A stretch of DNA of 64,000 bases from contig JBHGNT010000003.1 of assembly GCA_043228905.1 (NCBI GenBank), forward strand, positions 6,510,001-6,574,000, written 5' to 3'. The stretch comes from Azolla caroliniana (taxonomy: Eukaryota > Plantae > Polypodiophyta). Below, one piece after another: positions 63,142 to 64,000 of this stretch. The notes beneath the pieces were generated by a model, which ran no database searches, was not told the DNA's origin, and saw nothing but the letters and a program-made list of their open reading frames with translations. The translations under genes and the position numbers were made by a program. How positions within the stretch are numbered: position 1 is the stretch's first letter; each line of letters starts with the position of its first letter.

Positions 63142-63580
63142 CTAGGAGTAACTTAACTTAAGTTAACTTGTGTAGACTAACTATAGTTATGTTCTAACCT
63201 TAGTTGAGCACACTAACTATAGTCAAATCTTTCTAATCCAATCATTGCATGAGAAACTGGTATCCATATTATTGCATGATTATATCCTTCTGACCCAATT
63301 GTAGTTGAAGCACCTGGGGGACCATGTTGGCGCACCTTACTTCATTGGGATAACAAGAGTGTCTAGGGGTAACTTAACTTTAGTTAACTTGTGTAGATTA
63401 ACTGTAATTATGTTCTTACCTTCGTTGTGCACACTAACTAGAGTCAAATCTTTCTAATCCAATCATTGCATGAGAAATTGGGATCCATATTAGTGCCTGA
63501 TTATATCCTTCTGACCCAATTGTATTTGTAGCAGCTGGGGGACCATGTTGGTGTACCTTACTTCATTGGGATAACATGAA
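63142..63580. repeat. ~221-bp tandem duplication in the SAT intron
   Basis: CTAGG(A/G)GTAACTTAACTT...CTTACTTCATTGGGATAACA starts at 63142 and 63363. Confidence 0.92.
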
Positions 63581-64000
63581 TGTCGAGTAAGCACGATTGT
63601 TTTACATGGATCTAGGCCATTAAAGACCTGCTATGGGGAGAGGTTATGCTTGTGCACACTACGAACGGTCCATGGTCTTCAATGTAGTGCCATGCTGTTG
63701 GAGTTTGTGTGTACATCATGATCTGATCGATGTATTGGACAAGTCTGCTGGATACCTGCCCAGGGAAGAAGTTGCGTGCACAAGGTTAAGTGACCTCAGG
63801 GTCATTATCCTTGGCTAGGGGTTCCATTTGGCACCCTTGCTATGCATATAAGGCTATGGTTGGGAGATTCATGACATTTATCAGAGCTAGATGTTATCAA
63901 TGGGTTGGTATTGCCGCGAGTTGTTTTCCAATGTCTGCATCATATGGTCTACCTCATCTTGCCTACTATATGTTGGTGTCCATAATGCTTAATTCCGTTG

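Overview
Eukaryotic nuclear DNA from a land plant. The PPR style, the Tcn1-like chromoviruses and the abundant (TATG)n repeats suggest a non-seed plant, probably a fern (inference). Four host genes are supported: (1) a complete 10-exon RUNKEL/ULK4-type kinase-HEAT gene on the minus strand (21077-30075, 1383 aa when spliced by hand); (2) an intronless multi-pass membrane protein (37913-39157, -); (3) an intronless PLS-class PPR gene with a degenerate E domain (48536-51193, -); (4) the 5' part of a serine acetyltransferase gene (+, from 61097, running off the window). The rest is layered transposon DNA. It includes a TSD-flanked Ty3/Gypsy chromovirus (8160-11741) with a Tf1-type self-priming site and an in-frame loss of PR/RT/most RNase H. 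There are also four 5'-truncated LINE copies with poly(A) and TSDs, one with a ~1.7-kb tail holding tandem repeats and a sugar-porter-like motif. Other elements are hAT- and Mutator-type MITEs, a solo LTR, actin and PPR pseudogene fragments, and many local duplications and mini/microsatellites. All coordinates were counted by hand and no database searches were run.
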